NCBI GenBank assembly: GCA_050246755.1 | Contig: JBFWVL010000005.1 | Location: 160,001-224,000, forward strand | From: Bacteriovoracia bacterium | GTDB lineage: Bacteria > Bdellovibrionota > UBA1018 > CAIPTA01 | DNA length: 64,000 nucleotides | Reading direction: 5' to 3' | Translations under genes and position numbers: made by a program | Notes under the pieces: model-generated | What the model was told of the DNA's origin: nothing | The model's input: the letters and a program-made list of their open reading frames with translations, nothing else | The model's database searches: none | Shown: in pieces, positions 1-9,302 of the stretch | How positions within the stretch are numbered: the first letter of the stretch is position 1 | Layout: each line of letters starts with the position of its first letter

Positions 1-422
1 GTGTACTTGTCCATCAGCGCGCACTGATTGAGCCGCATCTGCGACATGAAGTTTGCATTGATTTGCGAGTGTTTCAGGATTGCGCACCAAGTGGGACTGA
101 AGTAGCACGCGAGAAGCATCGGCGACCCGGCCATGATGTCTTTTCCCATGTCGCCAAAGTATTTGCTGTCGAGGATGTTTTTGAGAGTGGCCTGAAGCGT
201 GTTCTTGAAGTCCACGCGTCCGCAATCGGAGCCGATCCCGAGATTGATGCCAAGATCGACTGTGCGGAACTGATCGAACACCGGATCACGGCGCATCGGC
301 TGGTTTTGGTAGAGATAGTCGCCCGAACCAAGTTCGCTCTGATTCATGTAGTAGTAGTCAGAATCCCTTGCGAACGCGGAGACGGACACCAAACATAGGA
401 GAATTGAGGTAAGTACCTTCAT
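1..422 (-). CDS. Secreted conjugative transfer protein, TraH-like (runs off the window; missing from ORF track)
   Basis: Manual translation MKVLTSILLCLVSVSAFARDSDYYY...GIGSDCGRVDFKNTLQ...MLLACYFSPTWC...NQC. Signal peptide, CG-x-D motif, and ATG overlapping the TraC stop (TAATG). Confidence 0.65.
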   Translation of the reverse strand, partial: MKVLTSILLCLVSVSAFARDSDYYYMNQSELGSGDYLYQNQPMRRDPVFDQFRTVDLGINLGIGSDCGRVDFKNTLQATLKNILDSKYFGDMGKDIMAGSPMLLACYFSPTWCAILKHSQINANFMSQMRLNQCALMDKY

Positions 423-2956
423 TACCGGCCTTCCTTTTCTGCAATCGCGTCGCGATCGCTTTCACTGTTGACCGACGTCTCTCGGTCAAGATCAGATTGG
501 ATGTAGCGGAAAGCTCCTTGATGAGAGCTGTCCTTGTTGGTGTAGAAAACCTCTGCGAATTCATTCACGCGAGTTTCGAGACTGCTCACGATTTCGAGCG
601 CGGCATGTCCAAGAAGCGACGAGGTTTCTTTGAGGTAGCGCACGTTATCGGGGCTCATTTTGAGGAAGAAGAAGTTGTCGGCTCCACCCCAGACTGCCTT
701 TCCAGCTTCCGTCTCGAAAAATACGCGCGGATTCGGCGCGACTCCGAGAAGACTGAATCCCATCTTCCGCATACGTTCTGCCGCTTCGATCACGAATTCG
801 CCGACAATGGGATTGTCTCTTCCGAGGCATCCGAGCTCTTCGATGTAGAGCACGCCACCACGCTTCAGACTCTCGGGCCGAGCCATGATCGACATGATTT
901 CGTTAATCACGCACATGCTCATCAGCACTTTCAGCGTTTCGTCCACGTCGAGCGCTTCGAGGTCGTAAGCATAGAGGAGTTTGTCGTCACTGGACGAACC
1001 TTGGGCCTGACCCCGAAAGAACGGAGCGTAGATTCCATCTCCATAGAACGGCATGAGCCGGGTCACAAGATCGTCAATCGCGTCTTTCAGAGTTTCGAAC
1101 TCTTCTTCCGACGTGAGTGCCGCCATGCTCGAAATCACGTCATCCATCGAGACCGACACATGCGAGCGCTCCTTCAAGTGAATGAGCTGATCGTTTTCGT
1201 AACCGACTCCGACTTCGCGAGCGCGCCGAAGGTAGGCTTCCTTCACGGCGCGAGATACGATTGCGAGGTGGTGACTCTCTTTGTTGAAAGTCTGGCTGGT
1301 CAGCTTTACGGCGGTCAGAATCAAGTTCGTGAGAAACTGCACTTTGCTGTCATCGAAAGCCCCCCGAAACGGAGTGAAGGGCATTTTCTTTCGAGGATCG
1401 AAAACACTGAGGCTTCCGTCGAATTTCGCGCACAGCGCTTCGCAGCTCGCGCGTTTGTCGATTACAAATGCCATCGGTTCGGAACCTGGCCGATTCTTCG
1501 GATTGAGTTTCAGCGCTTGTACGCAGTCGAGGGCGAACTTACTTTTACCCGAGCCAGTGTCGCCGAGGATTGCGGTGTGATTCGAGATCGGATTAGCACA
1601 CCATGAGAAACGCACGAGATTGTTTTCGCGTGAGAGAAAGAGCTGCATGGGGTTCTCGATTCCTCGGTAGGAATCGAAGATCGGGAGCAGATTCGTCGCG
1701 TCCTTGTTCATGATCCTTACGAACCGTTGTGTGGATGCGTCGGCAGCGGGTGTGTAGAAGAGAGGGAGCGAATTCAAGCAAAGCCCGAGCCCAATCAGCT
1801 CCTCTCGAATCACTTCGCACTCCAGGTCGTTGTGAAAGACGCTCGTGATCGCCCGCGTGCGGGCGTTGAGCAGTTCTTCGGTTTCTGCTTCGACGACCAC
1901 GCAAAAGGTCATAAAGAGGCACCGCTCGTCGTGAGCGAGTCGCTCCTGGATCGTCTTCAGCTCTTGGAGCTGGCGCTTTGCCCGAGCGCTTGGACTGTTC
2001 TGGAGAAAAAACTCCTTCGTGTCGAAGTAGCTCTTCACCTTCGCAGGCTTGGGGAAGCTAAAATTGAGGGACAGCCGGAACGGAAAAGGTAGCTGAAGGA
2101 AGTTTGCCATTCCGCCCGGTACGACACGCCGAGGACTCGTCTTGAGCGTGATCGTGCGGGTCTTGATACCCTCGCGCTCTAGCCCTTCTAAGGAGCCTGT
2201 CGGGCCTGCATAGACGATCTGTTCAGAGATCGGGACATGGGGATTAAATGGGGCGAACTCGCGCGCGAGATACTCCTTCGGGTTGAAAAACCGACGAAGG
2301 AAGTCTACTAACCCTGCGCCCGTTAGTCGTGAGAGCGGGACGCGGGAGCTTTCTTGAAACTGCGCCAGGATTTGCGAGAGTTCGGCGACTTCCTTCGTGA
2401 TCGCATTCATTGAATCGAAGAGAAGCCCTTCGCCACGTTCGAGAAGTCGAAGAATGGTCTTTGAGTCACCGGGCTCGGGAAAGTAACGGATCGACAGCAG
2501 CGCACGTCTCCGCATGGGAGAGAGCTTTGAGCGACCTTGGCAGAAGTTGCGAAAGGTTTCGAGCCGCGCCTTGTAGATGGCAGCCGAGACTGGATGCGGA
2601 AGTTTCATGCCGCTCGATTCAAAATTCCAAATCGGATCGCGCGCCGGAATTTCTGCCTGATCGAAAAGAATTTGAAGCGTGCAACGCTCGGGCAAGAAAA
2701 ACCAAGACTTCATGCTCGAAACAAGATCCACGATTCTCTCGGCTTCAAGCGGCTCGTGTTCAATGAGGCCGATTTCGTAGATGGCCCCAAGAGAGCCATC
2801 TTTGAGGACAAACATTCCTGCTTCCGGCAGATACTCTTCGTAGGGCAGAATTTTGGCGAATGAGTCAGGCCGCTCGAATAGGGCCTTTACGAAAGACTTG
2901 CGACTGGCGAGCATACGCTCGATGATCTCGTCGCTCGATAAGCGAGTCCCAAACAT
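422..2956 (-). CDS. traC: VirB4/TraC-family conjugal transfer ATPase
   Basis: 844 aa. N-terminal ILPYEEY typical of F-type TraC, Walker A GDTGSGKS, IDK, YIEE Walker B and MRK motif. Lies in the tra operon. Confidence 0.85.
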   Translation of the reverse strand: MFGTRLSSDEIIERMLASRKSFVKALFERPDSFAKILPYEEYLPEAGMFVLKDGSLGAIYEIGLIEHEPLEAERIVDLVSSMKSWFFLPERCTLQILFDQAEIPARDPIWNFESSGMKLPHPVSAAIYKARLETFRNFCQGRSKLSPMRRRALLSIRYFPEPGDSKTILRLLERGEGLLFDSMNAITKEVAELSQILAQFQESSRVPLSRLTGAGLVDFLRRFFNPKEYLAREFAPFNPHVPISEQIVYAGPTGSLEGLEREGIKTRTITLKTSPRRVVPGGMANFLQLPFPFRLSLNFSFPKPAKVKSYFDTKEFFLQNSPSARAKRQLQELKTIQERLAHDERCLFMTFCVVVEAETEELLNARTRAITSVFHNDLECEVIREELIGLGLCLNSLPLFYTPAADASTQRFVRIMNKDATNLLPIFDSYRGIENPMQLFLSRENNLVRFSWCANPISNHTAILGDTGSGKSKFALDCVQALKLNPKNRPGSEPMAFVIDKRASCEALCAKFDGSLSVFDPRKKMPFTPFRGAFDDSKVQFLTNLILTAVKLTSQTFNKESHHLAIVSRAVKEAYLRRAREVGVGYENDQLIHLKERSHVSVSMDDVISSMAALTSEEEFETLKDAIDDLVTRLMPFYGDGIYAPFFRGQAQGSSSDDKLLYAYDLEALDVDETLKVLMSMCVINEIMSIMARPESLKRGGVLYIEELGCLGRDNPIVGEFVIEAAERMRKMGFSLLGVAPNPRVFFETEAGKAVWGGADNFFFLKMSPDNVRYLKETSSLLGHAALEIVSSLETRVNEFAEVFYTNKDSSHQGAFRYIQSDLDRETSVNSESDRDAIAEKEGR

Positions 2957-3047
2957 ACGGAAACCTCCGTTTGTGGGTCACTCGCCGGATGATCGGTAGA
3001 GAGACTCTGGAAAATTCACCCTCTTGAGTAGTAGAAGGGCTGAAACT

Positions 3048-3440
3048 CTAGGCCGCTGGTGCAACTGGCTTTGGTGGAGCCTTGGATTTTTTCGGAGGAG
3101 CGGCTTTCGGACGATCTGCTGTGCGTTTCGACTTTTTGTCGGTCTTTGGCACATCGACCTTAACCATCGCCCAACTCTCGTCTTCAACGACGACCGAAAG
3201 CCATGACCCCCAGAAGTAGACCTTCGAGGTCATGTCGTGCGGGAATAGCCAGCCGACGACGACCTTTTCAGGGACTCGTGTGGGAACGTACTTCACGCCG
3301 CCGCTTGCACCGAGGCTTCCAAGAGGAGGTCCCTTCACATCGTAGCCTGCGCGCTCCTCAAGAACGGTCTTCGTCGGAGCCGAACTACAGGCCACTAGAC
3401 TAATCGAGAATGCGAGTGAAATAAGAGTAGATACCTTCAT
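3048..3440 (-). CDS. traV: TraV-like lipoprotein
   Basis: Lipobox LVAC and PTRVPEKVVVGWLFPH motif. Lies between traB and traC. Confidence 0.7.
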   Translation of the reverse strand: MKVSTLISLAFSISLVACSSAPTKTVLEERAGYDVKGPPLGSLGASGGVKYVPTRVPEKVVVGWLFPHDMTSKVYFWGSWLSVVVEDESWAMVKVDVPKTDKKSKRTADRPKAAPPKKSKAPPKPVAPAA

Positions 3441-4641
3441 TGCTTTCCGTCCTTTCCTTTTTGAAAAACTCTTCGGGCAGGCTCACTTTGTCTTTCATTA
3501 CGATCCACACGTCGCGACCGGAGCCGACTTCGACCGTCGGCGAGAGACTTTGCGCCTGTTGGAGATACCACTGCGCCACCATGCCAGCGGCGTTCGCTGC
3601 ACCTCCCGCGACCATGTACTTCGTCGAATCGCCGGTAAGAACCGAAGATGAGCCTCCGAGGGGATTAACGCTCTGTGAAGTCTGCGCAGCTTGTACGGCC
3701 TGGCCGACACCTTGAACGATGCCCGAGAGAAACGCCATTGAAGCGACGCGACCTTGCTTCGAGTTTACTTTTCCTTTCATGGCGAACGAGCCGTCTTTGT
3801 CGTCAGCAATGAACCCATTCACATCGCGCTCGAACATTTTTCCCTTGCGAGAAACGCAACTCATTTTCGTCGCTTGCATTTGCACACGCTCGGTCGAGAG
3901 ATTTCCCTCGGCCTTCGCGATCATAAAACAGCCAGACAGATCAATCTTGTGATCGTTCGGAGCGACGTAGGAAAAGTCGAGCACCATCAGGACCGGATAC
4001 GTTTTCCCTTCAGGCACATCGACGCCCGTAAGAATTTTCGCTTTGACGTAACTACCGGCTGGAAGCATCACGCCATCTGTCTTTGCGTCTCCCTTTACTG
4101 GAAACGCGATCAGGTCAGGGCCACTGCTTGAACCGCGGACTCGCGCCCTTCGTGGTACGCCCGCGCTTTGGGATTCGCTGATGCGGGTTCCTTGAAATTC
4201 CTCCGTCGCCGAGTAGGTTTGGATTTCGCCATTCGTCACGGGAGACGCCGATCCACCGATGGAAGTCTGAGCTCCGTTTGCGGGTACGGTTGCGGGCGCC
4301 GCCGACATTTTCTTTTCTAGCTCTGCAAGGCGCGCCGCGATCTGTGCCTGTGCATCCATCATGGCTTGAGCCTTTTGCGAAAGCAGCCGTTCCTTTCCAT
4401 AATAGAACGTGCTTTCGCGGTCATTCAGGATGCGACCGTTTTGGAAATTCACATCGGCAGGCCGCTCGACAAATCGGCTCTCCTGCTGACTGCCAATTCC
4501 TACGATGTTAACGAGGAGAAGAACTCCCAGAACGGCGCCGCCGACCAAAAGCGGCTTCGTCTTAAAAATGTCTTTGAGGCGCTCCTCGTGGCGCTTCCAA
4601 TCAATACTCTTGAATGAACTAACCACTTTCGCCATTTCCAT
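3400..4641 (-). CDS. traB: TraB/VirB10-family core complex protein
   Basis: N-terminal TM and coiled coil, LPAGSYVKAKILTGVD, GCF...GNLSTERV, PTVEVGSGRDV. Confidence 0.85.
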   Translation of the reverse strand: MEMAKVVSSFKSIDWKRHEERLKDIFKTKPLLVGGAVLGVLLLVNIVGIGSQQESRFVERPADVNFQNGRILNDRESTFYYGKERLLSQKAQAMMDAQAQIAARLAELEKKMSAAPATVPANGAQTSIGGSASPVTNGEIQTYSATEEFQGTRISESQSAGVPRRARVRGSSSGPDLIAFPVKGDAKTDGVMLPAGSYVKAKILTGVDVPEGKTYPVLMVLDFSYVAPNDHKIDLSGCFMIAKAEGNLSTERVQMQATKMSCVSRKGKMFERDVNGFIADDKDGSFAMKGKVNSKQGRVASMAFLSGIVQGVGQAVQAAQTSQSVNPLGGSSSVLTGDSTKYMVAGGAANAAGMVAQWYLQQAQSLSPTVEVGSGRDVWIVMKDKVSLPEEFFKKERTESNEGIYSYFTRILD

Positions 4642-4643
4642 TT

Positions 4644-5483
4644 CTATTCACCTTTCTTCTGCGAGGCTTGCGCATCGGGCTCCAGCGCTTCCATCGCGAG
4701 AATTACGTCGCGGCTCGATGAGGTATTTTTCGCCACCACGCGAACCAGTGTTTGATGGGTGCCTTTGCCTTTCGGGAAAAGCCGCTCTTCATCACTCTGT
4801 GCCAAAATGGCGAGGTTTGGATCGCCGACGGAAATATGGCGAACGTCAACCTCAACGGTCTTTCGCCAGCTAGTGTTCGTGACGCGATAGACATACCCAT
4901 TGAAGGGCGAGCCTTTGTAAACGCGGAGCAGTTCGACGGAAGCACTATTAAGCTTCGAAGGCATGTCACTCATAAGGCGCGTGACTTTGTATCCGGATAC
5001 TTCGTCGTCTCGGACCATTGCCTTAAGAAGCTCAACCTCCGAGATTTTGGGCGCATTAGGATCGGACTGGTCAGAGTCGAGAGCATCGCGAGGTTTGAAC
5101 TCATAGAAACTATCAGCGGCGGGGTCGCTCGGGCTGACGACGATCTTGGTTTTGATAACAGTGCCGTCAGCCAGAAAGAACGCGACCTCATTCACGCCGT
5201 TCGTGAACCGAGGAGTGACCGACAAAACCGTGTACGTCGGATCGGCGTCGTTGGCGGGCTTGATCGTAAGCCGGCCAGCCCCAGTTATTGTTTGCACAGC
5301 TTTTTGAAAGCGGAAAATCGTAGAGCTACCGTGCCGAATCCTCACTTGTTCTGCGGTCGATCCATAGAAGACCGCCTTTGCGACAGCTTCATCGGGCATT
5401 GCCACTTCGAGGGCAAGCACGAAAGATGAGCAGAAGAGAGCTGCCTTTAAGAGCTTTTCAATTTCTTTGTTTCGCTTGTGCAT
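4644..5483 (-). CDS. traK: TraK-like secretin/VirB9-like protein
   Basis: Signal peptide, ELLKAMV...GY and GYVYRVTN motifs. Start moved to ATG 5483, which follows GGAGG. Confidence 0.7.
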   Translation of the reverse strand: MHKRNKEIEKLLKAALFCSSFVLALEVAMPDEAVAKAVFYGSTAEQVRIRHGSSTIFRFQKAVQTITGAGRLTIKPANDADPTYTVLSVTPRFTNGVNEVAFFLADGTVIKTKIVVSPSDPAADSFYEFKPRDALDSDQSDPNAPKISEVELLKAMVRDDEVSGYKVTRLMSDMPSKLNSASVELLRVYKGSPFNGYVYRVTNTSWRKTVEVDVRHISVGDPNLAILAQSDEERLFPKGKGTHQTLVRVVAKNTSSSRDVILAMEALEPDAQASQKKGE

Positions 5484-5496
5484 ACGCGCCTCCAAA

Positions 5497-6228
5497 TTAC
5501 TTGCCGGTTTTCGGTTGATTGATCGGTTGCGCAGCTTTGAAACCATCAGCGCGCGACCGCTTTAACGAAGTGATTTCGAGATACCACTCCTTGCCCTTCA
5601 TGGGCGGTACAAGCCGCATCGTCAGTTCAATCACTTCATCGACACGACCAAGACTCTCGCTATTCGAATAGCGTTCACGGTTCGCGATGGCCGTCATTTT
5701 GTAGAAGCCTTCGCCCGTGGCGACAGCCTCACGATCAGTGATTCTCAGAATCTCTGAGATATTTTCGTTTTTGACCGTTTCTCGCCACTCAGCGACTTCT
5801 GCCTCGAACTGAACGCGGAGCTCGGGAGCCATGAACGTCGCCAGGCGCTTATACTGCTCGTCGATGTTTGCGGCATTTACGTTTCCGAGCATCGAGAGGA
5901 AACTCATTCCGGCATTTACGACATAGGAATCGCTAACGGTTTGCGGAGCCGCCGTCGTGAAATCCATCACACCAGGAGCGAGGATGTATTCCTTCTCGCG
6001 CAGTTTCTTTTCCAGTCCATGAATCTCGATTCGCGAGAATGCGAAATTTGCGGCGAACGCGGCGACATGGATTGCGAGGATGTATTGGAGAGTAAGACGC
6101 TCTTTCAGCATCGCCGCTTTGAATGCCACAAACTTCGGGAGCACCCGCAAATCGACGCCTTGATAGACGCCGACCGGCCGGGTCGCGACTTGCGCTGCTT
6201 CAATGCCCTTATCCATTGCTGTCAGCAT
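5497..6228 (-). CDS. traE: TraE-like (VirB8-like) transfer protein
   Basis: Single TM, then VSDSYV...LGNVNAANIDEQY. Position upstream of traK. Start estimated at ATG 6228. Confidence 0.65.
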   Translation of the reverse strand: MLTAMDKGIEAAQVATRPVGVYQGVDLRVLPKFVAFKAAMLKERLTLQYILAIHVAAFAANFAFSRIEIHGLEKKLREKEYILAPGVMDFTTAAPQTVSDSYVVNAGMSFLSMLGNVNAANIDEQYKRLATFMAPELRVQFEAEVAEWRETVKNENISEILRITDREAVATGEGFYKMTAIANRERYSNSESLGRVDEVIELTMRLVPPMKGKEWYLEITSLKRSRADGFKAAQPINQPKTGK

Positions 6229-6448
6229 CTCGTTTGCCTTTCCGCTTAGTTGACTTCTCAGTCGCTGGAGTGGCGGCTCCAGGCGCCTCGACAGCGCGAT
6301 TCTTAGCGATAACGTCAAGGTACTTAGCCGAGACGATCCAAGTTTCCACGCGCTTGAAAATCCAGTAACGACCATCGCGAGAAAGGCGCTGAGTAAGTTC
6401 GAGATTAGGTTTGCGCTCGAAGCGTTTCGGGTTGTCTCCATTTTCCAT
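6209..6448 (-). CDS. Small hypothetical protein (79 aa, MENGDNPK...)
   Basis: ATG 6448 preceded by GGAGG. Fills the gap between traL and traE. Confidence 0.55.
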   Translation of the reverse strand: MENGDNPKRFERKPNLELTQRLSRDGRYWIFKRVETWIVSAKYLDVIAKNRAVEAPGAATPATEKSTKRKGKRDADSNG

Positions 6449-6498
6449 TGGGCCTCCATTTGGTCTTGTTTTACGCTCACGTTTAAGTCCTCTCTTGG

Positions 6499-6813
6499 TT
6501 AGTCCGAGTACAGCCGCTCGCGGCCTCTCGGATTGATTACGCCCGGCAGGTCCATTCGCAGACGTGCGTAGGGCCAATGAAAGAAAATCCCCTTCGGATA
6601 CTTCCGCTTGATGACCGGGCCTGCGCCGAGACAAAGCAAGAGAAGCGTGAACATCGTTCCCCATGAGTAAAAGAGGACGCCGAAGATCAGGATGATGAAG
6701 AGCGCAATGAACACGTCTTGAAGTTCCCAGAAATCGAACACCATAATTGGCGAGTCGATTGTCTGGCTTACAAGTGAGGCGTGGCGCGCTTTTAGTAGTT
6801 CTTGCTTACGCAC
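6499..6813 (-). CDS. traL: TraL-like (VirB3-like) membrane protein
   Basis: IDSP..FWELQD, two TM segments, KRKYPKGIFFHWPY. Directly downstream of the pilin. GTG start estimated. Confidence 0.75.
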   Translation of the reverse strand: MRKQELLKARHASLVSQTIDSPIMVFDFWELQDVFIALFIILIFGVLFYSWGTMFTLLLLCLGAGPVIKRKYPKGIFFHWPYARLRMDLPGVINPRGRERLYSD

Positions 6814-7255
6814 GCATGGTCTCCACGGAGATAGCGGGCGCACTCATGGAAAAGATTCCGCCACCGCCGCCTATGTCGAAAATGTTCTTTACCCAAGTAG
6901 GTGCGGTTCCGAGAACGATGGCCGCTACGATGCACAGAACGGCGATCCCGAATCGTTGCTCCTTCAGATTCCAACCGGCTGACATCACGCAAAGACCCGC
7001 AAAGATTCTGGCTCCCCAGGAGAACAGAACGGAATCGACGATGCGGAGAAGAGTTCCCGCCGCCTCAAGTTTGTCGCTCGCGTCTTGCCCTGGAATACGG
7101 ACTGTTGCCCCGAAGGCTTGCGCGTGCGCAAACCAAAGGAGCAGCATTGTAATCAGCAGAAATAAAAACCATTCCTCACGTTGCCGAGGATTGGGACTCT
7201 TCAGATGTGAACCGTGGATTAATGATCCACACAGCAATAGGCGCTCTCCGAGCAT
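6806..7255 (-). CDS. Conjugative pilin (TraA/VirB2-like)
   Basis: Long signal ending AQAFG, then two hydrophobic helices. Position upstream of traL. Confidence 0.7.
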   Translation of the reverse strand: MLGERLLLCGSLIHGSHLKSPNPRQREEWFLFLLITMLLLWFAHAQAFGATVRIPGQDASDKLEAAGTLLRIVDSVLFSWGARIFAGLCVMSAGWNLKEQRFGIAVLCIVAAIVLGTAPTWVKNIFDIGGGGGIFSMSAPAISVETMRA

Positions 7256-7363
7256 AGGAATTCTCCTTCGTCGGAAGCCCGCTCGCCTTTGGTGGTGGAG
7301 AGACTTCTAAATTAGATTTTTTAGCTTCTGCACTTGGTAGTGGTGAGCAGAAGTCGTTTCATA

Positions 7364-8128
7364 TCAACCGCGACTGGCCTCGCGAAGCAGCGCCATCACT
7401 TCTTCGAATTCATGGTAGCCCTGAATTCCTGGGAGAAGCGCCTTTCTCTTCAGATCGGCGATCACCAGGAACGGAACTGCCGTTCCTCCATGACTCTTCA
7501 GCTCCGCAAGATTGGCTTTGCCTATCGGCACGCCTTTTTCATCCGGAGGCACTTCTCCGTCATCGAGTTGAAGGGCTTCGATTTTGTAGCCTTCGTCTTG
7601 CAGCCGCTTCAGTACGGAGAACATTCGCCGACAATGAGGACAATGAGAGTCGAAGTACATTCGGATTCGGAATCTCGACGGATCAGGCCGCACCTGTGGA
7701 GCGACTTTCGCATCATTCTTTGCAACCCGAGTGGCTATCTGAACCGCAAGGCCTGGCCCTTCTTGCTTGCTGAGATACTCTTGCATTCGAGTTTCGAGCC
7801 GCGCGGCGAGTTCGTTTTTTCGTTTCATAAACTCGAACCAGTTCTTGAGGTTCTCGTCCGACGGGTCCTTCGCAACTTCCATGAATGGCTCTGGCGGCGT
7901 ATAGTCGCCTTCCTTAAAGAACTCCTTGTTCTTCGGGTCGAGGTAGGTCTTCCAAGGGAATGAACCCTTTTCTCCTCGCTCGGGAACAAGTGGAGAAGGA
8001 ATGTCCTTTGTTTGAGCCTGAACACGTCCTTCGTTCCAGTAGTCGATCTTTTGATCGAAGTATTGGAGTTCACCGGCGCTCGCTGCGGTTGAGAATAAGC
8101 ACAGCGAGAAAACCCATTGGCTAATCAT
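7364..8128 (-). CDS. TraF/TrbB-like thioredoxin-fold protein
   Basis: Signal peptide, DPSDENLKNW helix, FDSHCPHC CxxC and cis-Pro AVP. Start at ATG 8128 overlaps the upstream stop. Confidence 0.7.
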   Translation of the reverse strand: MISQWVFSLCLFSTAASAGELQYFDQKIDYWNEGRVQAQTKDIPSPLVPERGEKGSFPWKTYLDPKNKEFFKEGDYTPPEPFMEVAKDPSDENLKNWFEFMKRKNELAARLETRMQEYLSKQEGPGLAVQIATRVAKNDAKVAPQVRPDPSRFRIRMYFDSHCPHCRRMFSVLKRLQDEGYKIEALQLDDGEVPPDEKGVPIGKANLAELKSHGGTAVPFLVIADLKRKALLPGIQGYHEFEEVMALLREASRG

Positions 8129-9302
8129 TCGCACGCGACACCTCCAGGGAATCAATTTCTCCGCGAAGGACGCGCGCAAGGCGGGCCTCGTGGATCGTTT
8201 GGTGAACTTTGACGATTTTCTTTCCCTCTGCCGGTTCCATCGTTGCCCACTCAAGAACAGGAACACGCCCGCGAATCCCAGCGCAGCAGTTCGAGCATCC
8301 TTGCTCGAACCGCTCGCGGGCTCGCATTGCGGAAGGTCTCTTTCGGCGGTCGATGCGTTGGAGCCATGCAGCCGTATCCATTGAGGGCTCAATCGCGCAA
8401 TCTGCGCAAAGCCGCTGTTCCAAACGCTGCGCAATCGAGAGTCTCAGATTCGATTCCATCACGATACGTTCGACGCCGAGACCTGCGAGACGCTCGATAA
8501 CTTCGAGCGAACCGTTTGCGTGAAGTGTTGTGAAAACAAGATGCCCGGTTTCCGCCGCTTGAAAGCAAAGTTTTGCCGTTTCGGCATCTCGAACCTCGCC
8601 GACCAGGATCACATCGGGGTCCTGCCGTAGCACGGATCGCAGAGCATCGGCGAAGCTCATCTTGCGGCTGACCTGCACTTGATTGAGTCCTTCAATGCGG
8701 TATTCGATGGGATCTTCCAGCGTCACTATGTTGAAGCGCTTGGGGTTGATGGCTTTGAGGCACGCATAGAGAGTTCGCGATTTTCCACTTCCAGTCGGCC
8801 CGGAGACGACTACAACGCCATCTTCGAGTGAAATGGCTCGCCTAAGAGCGGCGATCTCGTTCTCCAGGAAGCCCAGGCCATCCAGCTCGAATGTCGCATC
8901 GAGGTTGAGCAAGCGCATGACGATCTTTTCTCCGAAGTGAGTAGGCAGAAGACTTACGCGTACATCCATTCGGAGACTTGGCATCGACGCGCGCCCATCT
9001 TGCGGGCGACCGCTAACGCCAATCGAGAGACCGAAAATTCGTTTGGCTTCTAAGATCAAGCTCTCCCTGTGCTCCAGTTCGACCTGCTTTTCAAGGATGA
9101 GATTTCCGTCCACGCGGAGTCTTAAATCAACTCCGCTCTCATGCGGCTCAATATGCACGTCACTCGCGCCGCGAGCCTTCGCCGCTTTCATCAGGTCGTG
9201 AAAGAGGCGCGCATAGGGACCGCTCTCCAAAAGCAACTGCTCGCTCGTTCGCCGTTTGGCGACGCTTACGCCGTGTTCCTTCTCAAGCATTATTTCCGTC
9301 AC
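8121..9302 (-). CDS. GspE/PilB-family secretion ATPase
   Basis: ASDVHIEP, RVDG, PQDGR, GPTGSGKS, TLEDPIEY, LRQDPDVILVGEVRD, TGHLVFTTLH, CxxC pairs. Confidence 0.9.
   Translation of the reverse strand: MTEIMLEKEHGVSVAKRRTSEQLLLESGPYARLFHDLMKAAKARGASDVHIEPHESGVDLRLRVDGNLILEKQVELEHRESLILEAKRIFGLSIGVSGRPQDGRASMPSLRMDVRVSLLPTHFGEKIVMRLLNLDATFELDGLGFLENEIAALRRAISLEDGVVVVSGPTGSGKSRTLYACLKAINPKRFNIVTLEDPIEYRIEGLNQVQVSRKMSFADALRSVLRQDPDVILVGEVRDAETAKLCFQAAETGHLVFTTLHANGSLEVIERLAGLGVERIVMESNLRLSIAQRLEQRLCADCAIEPSMDTAAWLQRIDRRKRPSAMRARERFEQGCSNCCAGIRGRVPVLEWATMEPAEGKKIVKVHQTIHEARLARVLRGEIDSLEVSRAND

Noticed and set aside
497-1606. Long antisense ORFs (e.g. 497-1606, 4752-5429, 43183-44358, 44398-45399, 62732-63382)
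   Set aside because: Shadows of well-supported genes on the opposite strand, with no motifs.
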